The position numbers and the translations under genes were made by a program. DNA of 24,000 nucleotides from an uncultured Acidobacteriota bacterium (GTDB lineage Bacteria; Acidobacteriota; Blastocatellia; Pyrinomonadales; Pyrinomonadaceae), in the NCBI GenBank assembly GCA_963728685.1, contig CAVSLK010000009.1, forward strand, positions 97,502 through 121,501, given 5' to 3'. Shown here one piece after another: positions 7,450 through 15,212 of the stretch. Numbering within the stretch: position 1 is the first letter of the stretch; each line of letters starts with the position of its first letter. The notes below the pieces were generated by a model. It did not search any database. It was not told the origin of the DNA and worked only from the letters and a program-made list of their open reading frames with translations.

Positions 7450-7713
7450 TTATCTAAGAAGTCTCTTCGGTAAATCCATTTTGTCGTCGACGAGCACTTC
7501 CATATTGATCCCGGCCAGGCGGGCATATTTTAAGAGCGTTATTAGCGTTGGTTCTCGTACGCCTAACTCATAACCGGAGATCGCGCTACGATCTATCCTG
7601 TCGGCTAGATCTAATTCCACAAGAATCTCATTTTGAGACAAGCCTAAACCAGATCTGATCTGTAGGAGCTTTTCTGGCAATCTCTCTGGCCTTTCTCTCG
7701 ATCCTCGTCCCAT
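7450..7713 (-). CDS. XRE-family helix-turn-helix transcriptional regulator (87 aa), paralogue A
   Basis: HTH_3-like core LLQIRSGLGLSQNEIL....ISGYELGVREP, with C-terminal VLVDDKMDLPKR shared with three paralogues. Only 10 nt downstream of paralogue B, so probably co-transcribed. Confidence 0.85.
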   Translation of the reverse strand: MGRGSRERPERLPEKLLQIRSGLGLSQNEILVELDLADRIDRSAISGYELGVREPTLITLLKYARLAGINMEVLVDDKMDLPKRLLR

Positions 7714-7723
7714 TAGAAATCCA

Positions 7724-7987
7724 TTAGTTGAGAAACCTTTTCGGCAAATCTAAATCATCGTCAATCAGCACATCGGTAGAAATTCTGACAATACGCGCAT
7801 ACGACAGCAGCACAGGTAGAGGAGGTTCTCGAATTCCCAGCTCAAAAGCCGAGATATAGTTTCTTGTAAACAACTCAGAAAATCCCAATCTTTGAACCAT
7901 TTCACTCTGAGATAATCCGAGGCTTTCACGAATCCGTAAAAGTTTATTTGCTAGACGCTTTGGCTTCATTCTTTTAGCTTTTCCCAT
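7724..7987 (-). CDS. XRE-family helix-turn-helix transcriptional regulator (87 aa), paralogue B
   Basis: KPKRLANKLLRIRESLGLSQSEMV...ISAFELGIREP...VLIDDDLDLPKR. GGAGG SD 8 nt upstream of the ATG. Confidence 0.85.
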   Translation of the reverse strand: MGKAKRMKPKRLANKLLRIRESLGLSQSEMVQRLGFSELFTRNYISAFELGIREPPLPVLLSYARIVRISTDVLIDDDLDLPKRFLN

Positions 7988-8032
7988 TGAAAGTTACCTC
8001 CAATGGGAAAATGTGATAATCGTTTTTGCGTC

Positions 8033-8050
8033 TAGCGTTAATTAACGCTA
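8033..8050. promoter_or_regulatory. perfect 18-bp palindrome TAGCGTTAATTAACGCTA, candidate operator in the divergent XRE promoter region
   Basis: Read directly; lies 46 nt upstream of the paralogue B start. A possible -35 TTAACG / 17 nt / -10 TATCAC on the minus strand overlaps it. Confidence 0.45.
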
Positions 8051-8301
8051 AGCTTGGATTGTTTGAAGAATTCGCCGTAAGTTTAAGAATATTTCTTACG
8101 GTTTTCATCGTCGCCTAGATTTTGATTTCCTTTGGAATTACAGATAACTTTATCTCTCAAATCCGAAAAGGCAAAGAGCAGAACAGTATTTTGACAAAGG
8201 GACAAGCGTCTGCGAAGGAGGGCTGATTTTCACATGGGGCACAAGTAGACCGAAAGATCCGGCATTGCCCATAAAATAAACGAATGACGATAAATAATGA
8301 A

Positions 8302-8402
8302 GTCAGTACCGGGAACGCAGTGACCGGCTCCTGAGCGCAGCGAAAATGCTTCCAACTCGCTAAATCAAATTAATAGCCGGTCACTGCGTTCCCGGTACTG
8401 AC
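8302..8402. repeat. 28-bp perfect inverted repeat (GTCAGTACCGGGAACGCAGTGACCGGCT ... AGCCGGTCACTGCGTTCCCGGTACTGAC) around a 45-bp spacer; MITE-like
   Basis: Arms 8302-8329 and 8375-8402 are exact reverse complements. The element ends 23 nt upstream of the frameshifted XRE paralogue C. Confidence 0.8.
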
Positions 8403-8425
8403 CCGCTGCCGACTTGAAGGAATTT

Positions 8426-8681
8426 ATGGACAAAGTCGAAAAACCCAAAAGATTGGCCGAGAAATTGCTGCGCATTCGCCTCAAATTAGGATTATCCCAG
8501 GCGAAAATGGCTGAGGCTTTGGGGCAAGTATGGCGTGAAGAAACACCGGAGCTCTATACGCTCTTATGAGAACGACGATCGGCTGCCTTCTCCTTTGGCT
8601 GCGCTCGCTTATGCCAAACTCGCTAAAGTTTCAATCGATCTACTTATCGACGACGAAAGAGACTTGCCTAAAGGTTTTTAG
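8426..8681 (+). pseudogene. XRE-family HTH regulator, paralogue C, interrupted by a frameshift
   Basis: Frame 1 gives MDKVEKPKRLAEKLLRIRLKLGLSQAKMAEALGQ.. and stops at TGA 8567-8569. The +1 frame continues YGVKKHRSSIRSYENDDRLPSPLAALAYAKLAKVSIDLLIDDERDLPKGF*, which is the family C-terminus. The switch maps to the GGGG run at 8521-8524. Confidence 0.75.
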
Positions 8682-8689
8682 AGTTCATC

Positions 8690-8722
8690 AGCGGGCGCAA
8701 GCGGCCCTTCCGGACCTGAGAG
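8690..8722 (+). other. conserved 3'-flank motif of the XRE paralogue family (copy C)
   Basis: AGCGGGCGCAAGCGGCCCTTCCGGACCTGAGAG, starting 9 nt after the stop codon of paralogue C. Confidence 0.7.
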
Positions 8723-8779
8723 GTAATTATATTGCGCTTTTTTTTAAGATAAATATGTTCATTCCCAGGACAATTGTCT

Positions 8780-8813
8780 AAAAAAATAAAGGCCGGATCT
8801 TCACCCGGCCTTT
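8780..8813 (-). terminator. rho-independent terminator of fbaB
   Basis: Minus-strand sense: AAAGGCCGG-gtgaagat-CCGGCCTTT followed by ATTTTTTT. Lies 22 nt after the fbaB stop. Confidence 0.8.
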
Positions 8814-8834
8814 CATTTATTTTAACGATAAGTT

Positions 8835-9911
8835 TTACGCGATGGTGATCTCTTTTGTCAGATAAACATCCTGGATCGAATTGAGCAGTTCCACGCCTTC
8901 GCTCATCGGGCGCTGGAAGGCCTTGCGGCCGGAGATGAGCCCGGTGCCGCCGCCGCGTTTGTTGACCACGGCGGTGCGCACGGCGTCGGCCAGGTCGCTC
9001 GCGCCCTTTGATTCGCCGCCGGAATTGATCAGGCCCGCGCGCCCCATGTAGCAATTCGCCACCTGGTAGCGGACGAGGTCGATCGGATTATCGGTGGTCA
9101 GTACTTCGTAGACTTTTTTGTTCGTCTTGCCGTAGCTGCCTTCTTTGTTGAGCGCAGTGTAGCCGCCGTTTCGCTCGGGAAGTTTTTGCTTGATGATGTC
9201 CGCCTGGATGGTCACGCCGAGGTGATTTGCCTGCGCGGTCAGATCGGCCGCCGCGTGCATGTCCCCTTCCGCCGTTTTGAATTTCGAATTGCGCAGGTAG
9301 CACCAGAGGATCGTCGCCAGGCCCAGCTCGTGCGCGTAGGCAAAAGCTTCGGAAACCTCGGTGATCTGGCGGGTCGATTCGTCCGATCCGAAATAGATGG
9401 TCGCCCCGACGGCCACGGCGCCCATGTCGCGCGCCTGGTCCACCGTGCCGAACATCACCTGGTCAAATTTGTTTGGCAGCGTCAAAAGCTCGTTGTGATT
9501 TATCTTTACGATAAAGGGAATTTTGTGCGCAAATTTTCGCGCCACCACGCCCAGCACGCCGAAGGTCGAAGCCACCGCGTTGCAGCCGCCTTCCATTGCC
9601 AGCCTGACGATGTTTTCCGGGTCGAAATACTGCGGGTTGGGCGCAAAACTCGCGCCCGCGCTGTGCTCTATGCCCTGGTCGACGGGCAAAATGGAAAGAT
9701 AACCCGTCCCCGAAAGCCGGCCGTGTTCAAACAGCGACTGCAAAGAACGCAGCACGCCCGGGTTGCGGTCGGAATATACCCAGACACGGTCGATAAAATC
9801 CGCACCCGGCAGATGCAGATCGTTTTTTGAAATAGTACTGCAGGTATGACCTAGCAAAGTATCGGCTTCCGCGCCCAGATACTCCTGAATTTTACTCAGT
9901 TCGATAGCCAT
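8835..9911 (-). CDS. fbaB: class I fructose-bisphosphate aldolase (FbaB/DhnA type)
   Basis: 358 aa, collinear with E. coli FbaB as I recall it: [94 protein letters not shown], and the ending KEITIA. Confidence 0.93.
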   Translation of the reverse strand: MAIELSKIQEYLGAEADTLLGHTCSTISKNDLHLPGADFIDRVWVYSDRNPGVLRSLQSLFEHGRLSGTGYLSILPVDQGIEHSAGASFAPNPQYFDPENIVRLAMEGGCNAVASTFGVLGVVARKFAHKIPFIVKINHNELLTLPNKFDQVMFGTVDQARDMGAVAVGATIYFGSDESTRQITEVSEAFAYAHELGLATILWCYLRNSKFKTAEGDMHAAADLTAQANHLGVTIQADIIKQKLPERNGGYTALNKEGSYGKTNKKVYEVLTTDNPIDLVRYQVANCYMGRAGLINSGGESKGASDLADAVRTAVVNKRGGGTGLISGRKAFQRPMSEGVELLNSIQDVYLTKEITIA

Positions 9912-9988
9912 TAAATAAGTCTCCTGATTTAATTAAAGATAAATAAATTATTGTAATAAAAACCGCTTTAACCTTGATTGTATCATAG

Positions 9989-10041
9989 GTTCAGAGTTAC
10001 GCCTTTAGGCGTGATTCCCGCGTAAAGGCGTAACTCTGAAC
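9989..10041. repeat. REP-like unit plus truncated inverted partner forming a 15-bp stem hairpin
   Basis: GTTCAGAGTTACGCC-tttaggcgtgattcccgcgtaaa-GGCGTAACTCTGAAC. Lies between the yceI-like stop (10044) and the fbaB start (9911). Confidence 0.8.
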
Positions 10042-10043
10042 TT

Positions 10044-10727
10044 TTATTCCCCCGGCGTGGCCGCGGGTTTCGGCGCCGGCAGATTAGCTTCGATCTGCAG
10101 CCAGATCTTGATGTTGTCGTCCACCTGCAGGGTTCCGTCCGGCAGAGCTTTATTATATTTGACGTTGTATTCCTGGCGGTTGATCATGGTCTCAGCCGAA
10201 ACGCCCATTCTGGCCCCGCCGTTCGGAGATTTTACAAAACCCAGCATGCCAAACGGAAAGCTGATCTGTTTGGTCACGTCCTTTATAGTAAAGTCGCCGG
10301 TCACTATCAAGCCCTTACCCTTCTTTTCGATTTTGGTGCTTTTAAAGGTGATCTCCGGATATTTTTCCACCTCGAAAAAATCGGCGGTTCGCAGGTGGTT
10401 GTCACGCCCCGTAACGCCGGTATCGACGCTCGTGGCCTTGGCCGTAAAAGTAACGGACGATTTGGTCACGTCCACCGAATCGTAAATGATCGCGCCCTGG
10501 AAATCGCGGAAAAATCCCGGTACTTCTATCAGCCCGTAATGTTTGGCCTTGAAACCGATAAAAGTGTGCGCCTTGTCGAAATTATAAGTGCCCGACGGGC
10601 CGTTCGTATCGGGCTTCGCTGCGGCAAAGCGATCCGTCACGGAAGTATTTTCGGCGGTCGTGGAAAATACGGACACAACAAGCGCGGCGGCCAGCGCAAA
10701 TATCACAAAAAGTAAAACTCTTTTCAT
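10044..10727 (-). CDS. YceI-like periplasmic polyisoprenoid-binding protein
   Basis: 227 aa. Signal peptide MKRVLLFVIFALAAALVVSVFS. YceI hallmarks YNFDKAHTFIGFKAKHYGLIEVPGFFRDFQG and GDFTIKDVTKQISF. Confidence 0.88.
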   Translation of the reverse strand: MKRVLLFVIFALAAALVVSVFSTTAENTSVTDRFAAAKPDTNGPSGTYNFDKAHTFIGFKAKHYGLIEVPGFFRDFQGAIIYDSVDVTKSSVTFTAKATSVDTGVTGRDNHLRTADFFEVEKYPEITFKSTKIEKKGKGLIVTGDFTIKDVTKQISFPFGMLGFVKSPNGGARMGVSAETMINRQEYNVKYNKALPDGTLQVDDNIKIWLQIEANLPAPKPAATPGE

Positions 10728-10801
10728 TTCACAAAAACCCTTTCTTGCAGATTATAGATAGATAATAAATTAATCTTATCTTTATTGAAAGACCGTGATC
10801 G

Positions 10802-12196
10802 CTATTGACAGAATTCATTCCGCAAAGCCCTTAGTATCTCTACCATCGCCAGGGTGTCCTGCGCGCAGTATTCCAGCAGGCTCGCGCGGATGCTGTCTCG
10901 TTCTTCCACGCTCTTTTGTTTTGCCACCATACCGAGCCATATCGCCGCCGCGGCCGAGCCTTCTTTTATTTCCAGATGCTCGTAGTTCAGACCGGGCAAT
11001 AAAACCGGCAGCACATTTTTTATCGAATAACTCCCTTTGAATTTTGCGTCGATGTAAAGCCCCTTGCTGAAAATTCCCATCAGATCGAAAGTCCGCCGGT
11101 TGATCGATTCGAGATACCCGGCAAACTCCGGGTATTTTGTGCCCATATTTTTGTTGCTGGTATTTTCATAAGAGCTCCAAACCACTACCGTTCCGCCTTC
11201 TTCATTTATTATCTCGCGCATGGCGCTTAAAAGAGCCGGGACAGGCTCCGTTTCACCGTCCGATAAAAATTCAGCGTGCCTAAGCTCGCTGCCGTCGCTA
11301 CCCAAGATATGAACGGAAAATTGAAACACGACGACCTGGAACGGGCGATAACCGTCATAAACAGGTATCGCCGGATTGGCGGTTTCGTAATCGAGAAAAT
11401 AAACGGGGTATTCCAGCGGGCCGAGAATTTCCCGGATCTCGGTTGCGGACGCGTGACGCTGCCCGGATCTGGCAATATCTATCTGCCTGCGCTGGCGCGG
11501 GGTAAGTTCAAACTCTTCGGGAACGTCCAGCATATTCAGTATTCCCATCCCGAGCAGTTGGCCGAGTTTTTTCGCCGGGAAATTACTGATGTCGAAGATA
11601 GTATGCTCGGGAATGTCCTTATGAAAATGCCCGATGAATGCGCACTCCAGTTTGTCTTTACAATACCCGGCAAGGTCCTTATCCGGCTCCGCTTCCAGGT
11701 AATCGAGCGCTTCGGCCATCTTTTCTTTTGTTTCGGCGATCCGCGCCTCGACAGGTTTCGTCACGTCTTCGATCTTTAAAAGCTTCTCCGGTTCGATGTC
11801 TCCCTGCCTGATATATTCCTTGTTGACGTGAACGAGAAAAGTTTTTTTAACCGGGGCCCCGGCCATTTCCGCGACGGCCTTTTGGAAAGCAATGTCGTCT
11901 ATATGTTCTTCCTTGACGCTGCCTGACGATTTTACTTCGTAGATGGAGTCATTGGCATAAATATCAGCCTTGGCCAGAAACCGGCTGGTTTCAAAACGTT
12001 TTTCAAATTCACAACTGCCGTACCCCCCGCGGCTAAAGAGGGATTGTGCCTGCAGTTGCACCTGGTAACCCATGTCTTTCAGGTACCTGACACCGATACT
12101 GTCTTCCTGCGAAAACAATTCCGGCATATGATGCCGCAGCCAGAATTCGCGGGGACAATAGAGATAGCTTAAATATCCGGATTTGGTGAGTTTCAT
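10802..12196 (-). CDS. DUF2779-family protein: N-terminal Cas4/PD-(D/E)XK-like nuclease region plus C-terminal DnaQ-like (DEDD) exonuclease region
   Basis: 464 aa. Opens with ..SGYLSYLYCPREFWL, typical of DUF2779. Central YFLDYETANPAIPVYDGYRPFQVVVFQFSVH (family pattern DxE ... PFQ.S.H) and terminal LEYCAQDTLAMVEI (exonuclease motif III-like). Confidence 0.75.
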   Translation of the reverse strand: MKLTKSGYLSYLYCPREFWLRHHMPELFSQEDSIGVRYLKDMGYQVQLQAQSLFSRGGYGSCEFEKRFETSRFLAKADIYANDSIYEVKSSGSVKEEHIDDIAFQKAVAEMAGAPVKKTFLVHVNKEYIRQGDIEPEKLLKIEDVTKPVEARIAETKEKMAEALDYLEAEPDKDLAGYCKDKLECAFIGHFHKDIPEHTIFDISNFPAKKLGQLLGMGILNMLDVPEEFELTPRQRRQIDIARSGQRHASATEIREILGPLEYPVYFLDYETANPAIPVYDGYRPFQVVVFQFSVHILGSDGSELRHAEFLSDGETEPVPALLSAMREIINEEGGTVVVWSSYENTSNKNMGTKYPEFAGYLESINRRTFDLMGIFSKGLYIDAKFKGSYSIKNVLPVLLPGLNYEHLEIKEGSAAAAIWLGMVAKQKSVEERDSIRASLLEYCAQDTLAMVEILRALRNEFCQ

Positions 12197-12200
12197 ATAA

Positions 12201-12220
12201 ATATTTGTTGCAACAACTAT
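12201..12220. promoter_or_regulatory. palindromic box ATATTTGTTGCAACAACTAT, candidate MarR operator
   Basis: Near-perfect 20-bp palindrome centred on GTTGCAAC. It fills the 20-nt gap between the marR stop and the DUF2779 start. It shares GTTnnAACAACTAtt with the box at 12686-12703. Confidence 0.5.
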
Positions 12221-12675
12221 TTTTTGGTCAAGATCAGTAAGGCGTTGAGCTTTTCCAGCATTTCCCTGCCTAAAGGCCCCAGGTGTTTTCTGAGCGCCGT
12301 CTGAATATCAGCGTCCAGGGCCTGCAAAACTTGCCTTCCGGCTTCGGTTATTCTTGCGATGGTCACGCGCCGGTCCTTTTCGTATCGCTCACGCCCGATC
12401 AAACCGCGCTTTTCCAGGCGGTCGAGCAGGCGGGTAATATCGGAATCTTTTGTTACCAGGCGCCTGCCGATCTCACTGCATGCCAGCCCGCGCCCGCTGT
12501 TACGCAGGATCCGTAAAACACTGTATTGTATATAGCTTAGTTCAAGCGGCTTTAATATTTCCGAGATCTTTCCGGCCAAACCGTTCGCCGTCCGCTGCAG
12601 ATTAAGAAAAACTTCCTCTTCCAGGCTCGAAAAAGGGCGGTTTGGCTTAGATTCGGAGTGTGTTTCGCTGTTCAC
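12217..12675 (-). CDS. MarR-family transcriptional regulator
   Basis: 152 aa winged-helix pattern: LSYIQYSVLRIL.., LACSEIGRRLVTKDSDITRLLDRLEKRGLIGRERYEKDRRVTIARITEAG. Confidence 0.9.
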   Translation of the reverse strand: MNSETHSESKPNRPFSSLEEEVFLNLQRTANGLAGKISEILKPLELSYIQYSVLRILRNSGRGLACSEIGRRLVTKDSDITRLLDRLEKRGLIGRERYEKDRRVTIARITEAGRQVLQALDADIQTALRKHLGPLGREMLEKLNALLILTKK

Positions 12676-12685
12676 GGCTAGATAT

Positions 12686-12703
12686 TAGTCGTTATAACAA
12701 CTA
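12686..12703. promoter_or_regulatory. palindromic box TAGTCGTTATAACAACTA, candidate MarR autoregulatory operator
   Basis: 18-bp palindrome (2 mismatched positions) centred on GTTATAAC, 11 nt upstream of the marR start codon. Confidence 0.5.
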
Positions 12704-12907
12704 TTGTCAATGATAGAGAGAGGTTAGCCGCGGATTTTACGGATAAACGCGGTAAAATTTGATTACGGTTCCGGGTAAATCTGTGTTTCTCCGCGGCTGA
12801 TTTATTTTCTGCAATTATTGCCGGCAAAAAACATTCAAACAAATGGTCTTATTTCTTGCGGAACTTCGCCTTACGTATTGAGGCGATAGCCGGGGAAACG
12901 GTCATTT

Positions 12908-13828
12908 ATGATATCAAGGGTCTTAATAACATTTATTTTATCGGTGCTGACGATCACGGCGGCGGCGGGGCCGGTGTATGGCGCGGCGGCGGTGAGGACC
13001 ACGCGGAAAATATTCCTGGGCGACACGCAAGTAAAGATCAACGTATATGAAAACGCGGGCAGCGCCCTTACTTTTATCGCGCCGCATCACAACGAGCAGA
13101 CGGGTTTGAGGCTGGCAAAGGAGTACGTGGAAAAATACGGCGGCCGCCTGATCGAGATCGAATCGTTCGATAGCAAAGGCGCTCCCTCCCGCTACCTGAG
13201 TTTTACCGCCAATGGCAAATCTTACACTATCGATCCCAACCGTATCTTCACCGAGAACGGCAGAAGCTGCGCCGGCGGCCTTTCGGAAGTCGGGCCCCAG
13301 GTCGAAGCTTTCGCCGCAGAGGTGTTAAAAGTTTTGCTCACCGAAGGTAAAGAGCTTCCCGCCGGCGAAAGATTCCTGGTCGCCGTTCATAACAATACTG
13401 ACGTCGATTCGAAAACCGAGAACGCGCGGCCTAACGACCTGACGGCTTACGCTTTTGTGCGGGCCTCTTTTACCAAAGAACTTTCGCACGGTATTTTTCA
13501 GGAACAGGCCGAAGGCGTTTATCTTTCAAACACTGAGGACGACCAGGATAATTTCATCTTTCTGTCCACGCCGAAATACGTCGGCTACTTTGCCGAAAGA
13601 GGCTTCAACGTGGTGGTGCAAAAATCGGCGGCAAAACTCCAGTCGCAAAAATGCAGCGTCGATGACGGTTCGCTCTCTGTTTTTTCCGCCCGTCAAAATA
13701 TTTCCTACATCTGTCTCGAGGCCGACTCCGCGACCGGCGATTATCGCCAGCGTCAAATGCTCGCGGCGGTTTATCAACTGGCCAAACAGGAAAACGAAAT
13801 TCCTCCGGCGGCGGTGGCAAAGAAATAA
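12908..13828 (+). CDS. exported protein with M14-carboxypeptidase-like zinc motifs (putative peptidase/amidohydrolase)
   Basis: 306 aa. Signal peptide MISRVLITFILSVLTITAAAG. Motif order APHHNEQTG (HxxE), DPNRIF (NR) and VAVHNN (third His) resembles the M14 / succinylglutamate-desuccinylase fold. Family assignment is tentative. Confidence 0.5.
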   Translation: MISRVLITFILSVLTITAAAGPVYGAAAVRTTRKIFLGDTQVKINVYENAGSALTFIAPHHNEQTGLRLAKEYVEKYGGRLIEIESFDSKGAPSRYLSFTANGKSYTIDPNRIFTENGRSCAGGLSEVGPQVEAFAAEVLKVLLTEGKELPAGERFLVAVHNNTDVDSKTENARPNDLTAYAFVRASFTKELSHGIFQEQAEGVYLSNTEDDQDNFIFLSTPKYVGYFAERGFNVVVQKSAAKLQSQKCSVDDGSLSVFSARQNISYICLEADSATGDYRQRQMLAAVYQLAKQENEIPPAAVAKK

Positions 13829-13863
13829 AGTTTTGAGTCCCGCCTTTAGGCGGCCTTCTTAGG

Positions 13864-13931
13864 CAGAAACGCGACAGTTATGGAGCGTGTCTTTTAACAT
13901 TTATACACGCTCCATAACTGTCGCGTTTCTG
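13864..13931. repeat. 27-bp perfect inverted repeat with 14-nt loop (CAGAAACGCGACAGTTATGGAGCGTGT ... ACACGCTCCATAACTGTCGCGTTTCTG)
   Basis: Arms 13864-13890 and 13905-13931 are exact reverse complements. No T-run follows. Preceded by the small hairpin CCGCCTTTAGGCGG at 13843-13856. Confidence 0.8.
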
Positions 13932-13963
13932 TCTAATTGTGTTAATCTTCTCCCAACCAGAGT

Positions 13964-14662
13964 ATGGAAATTTCCGTCATCATCCCGACCTTCAACGAAG
14001 AATTGATCATCAAGAAAACACTCGACGCATTGTCGCGGCTGGTTAACGTGTCGGAGGTGGTGGTGGTGGACGGCGGCAGCACGGATAAAACGCTGGAGAT
14101 CATTGAAAGCTACGCGGGGCTAAAAAAACTCACGCTGATCAAAACCGCCGAGGCCAACCGCAGCCGCCAGCTAGACGCGGGCACGCGCGCCGCGGCGGGC
14201 GACATCTTCTGGTTCGTGCACGCCGACACGCGCCCCGTTCAGGGCTGCGGCGCAAAGATCAAAGGCGTGATGAAATACAGCGAGGTCGCCGGGGGAAATT
14301 TCGAGATCCTCTTTGACGGCGACAGTCGCTGGGCACATTTCCTCAACCGCCTTTACCCCTACCTGCGCTCGCTGGATATGGTCTACGGCGATTCGGCGAT
14401 GTTTGCCGGCCGCGCGGCCTATGAAAAAGTGGGAGGTTTTAGGCCCGCTTACGGTATTTTCGCCGACGTCGATCTTTTCCGGCGCCTGCGAAAGACGGGC
14501 GATTTTATTCACCTGCCGCAATCGGTCGTGATCTCGCAGCGCAGGTTCACCGACCGGCCTTTTTTCTTTCCCATGATAGGCTGGCTGGCGCTCCAGGGGC
14601 TCTACTGGATCGGCGTTCCCGGAAAAACCCTGGCGAAATATTCCACGCCGTCCAAACGGTAA
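13964..14662 (+). CDS. family 2 glycosyltransferase
   Basis: 232 aa. N-terminal ISVIIPTFNEE...VVVVDGGSTDKT (GT-A fold, nucleotide-binding/DxD region) and later FVHADT. Confidence 0.85.
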   Translation: MEISVIIPTFNEELIIKKTLDALSRLVNVSEVVVVDGGSTDKTLEIIESYAGLKKLTLIKTAEANRSRQLDAGTRAAAGDIFWFVHADTRPVQGCGAKIKGVMKYSEVAGGNFEILFDGDSRWAHFLNRLYPYLRSLDMVYGDSAMFAGRAAYEKVGGFRPAYGIFADVDLFRRLRKTGDFIHLPQSVVISQRRFTDRPFFFPMIGWLALQGLYWIGVPGKTLAKYSTPSKR

Positions 14663-14796
14663 TTTTTCGGGCAGGTGTAAATATTTCGCCTTTACCCTTT
14701 TACCCTCACACTTCCTGGAGGCTCCCCTCACGAAGGAGGGGTGGCGCGCGCTTCGCGCGACGGGTGGTTCTTCACATTCGTCAAATAAAAGCTAAG

Positions 14797-14899
14797 AGCG
14801 GGCGCAAGCGGCCTTCCGGACTGCAAATTTATTAGACTTTAATATTTACCATTCAAGTTGGAATGTCTCTCAGGTCGGGAAGGGTTGCTTGCGCCCGCT
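14797..14899. repeat. inverted pair of the XRE 3'-flank motif (about 27-bp imperfect arms, 43-nt AT-rich loop); probable bidirectional terminator or MITE-like unit
   Basis: AGCGGGCGCAAGCGGCCTTCCGGACTG (14797-14823) pairs with CTCTCAGGTCGGGAAGGGTTGCTTGCGCCCGCT (14867-14899). T-rich sequence follows on both strands. Lies between convergent GT2 and XRE paralogue D. Confidence 0.7.
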
Positions 14900-14905
14900 T
14901 TTAAT

Positions 14906-15172
14906 TTATTTGTATTTCGCCGGCAGATCCAATTCGTCGTCGATCAAAACATCCGTCGAAATTCGCGCTACTTTCGCATACGCTCTTAAGATCAGAAGCG
15001 ACGGTAACGAGTGTCCGGTTTCATAATTTCCAACATAACCTCGATAAATCTTTACGTCTTGACGCGCCAAAGCATCGGCCATTTCTGATTGCGAGAAATT
15101 AAGAGCAATCCGAATTTGCTTAAGTTTCTCCGCTATTCGCTTAGGTTTTTCTTCTTTAGCTTTACCCATCAA
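14906..15172 (-). CDS. XRE-family helix-turn-helix transcriptional regulator (88 aa), paralogue D
   Basis: KPKRIAEKLKQIRIALNFSQSEMA...GNYETG...VLIDDELDLPAKYK. Same architecture as 7450-7713, 7724-7987 and 8426-8681. Confidence 0.85.
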   Translation of the reverse strand: MMGKAKEEKPKRIAEKLKQIRIALNFSQSEMADALARQDVKIYRGYVGNYETGHSLPSLLILRAYAKVARISTDVLIDDELDLPAKYK

Positions 15173-15212
15173 GAAAAAACTCCTTGACAGGTAAATTCAA
15201 ATGGCCTAAGAT

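Noticed and set aside
8690-8722. Resemblance of ..CCGGACCTGAGAG.. to the GGUCCGAGAG core of ykkC/guanidine riboswitches
   Set aside because: Only a partial string match. The other conserved ykkC blocks are missing, and the motif lies 3' of genes rather than in a 5' leader.
8668-9054. 128-aa minus-strand ORF, and the 214-aa plus-strand ORF at 9186-9830
   Set aside because: Both overlap fbaB out of frame or antisense. Their Arg/His-rich, low-complexity translations are typical of GC-biased off-frames. FbaB homology is unambiguous.
14171-14731. 186-aa minus-strand ORF
   Set aside because: Antisense to the GT2 glycosyltransferase, with no independent support.
14797-14899. Integron attC-like site following a small cassette-like gene
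   Set aside because: The imperfect inverted repeat superficially resembles an attC. However, the RYYYAAC/GTTRRRY core sites are absent, there is no integrase or attI in the window, and solo half-copies follow the other paralogues.
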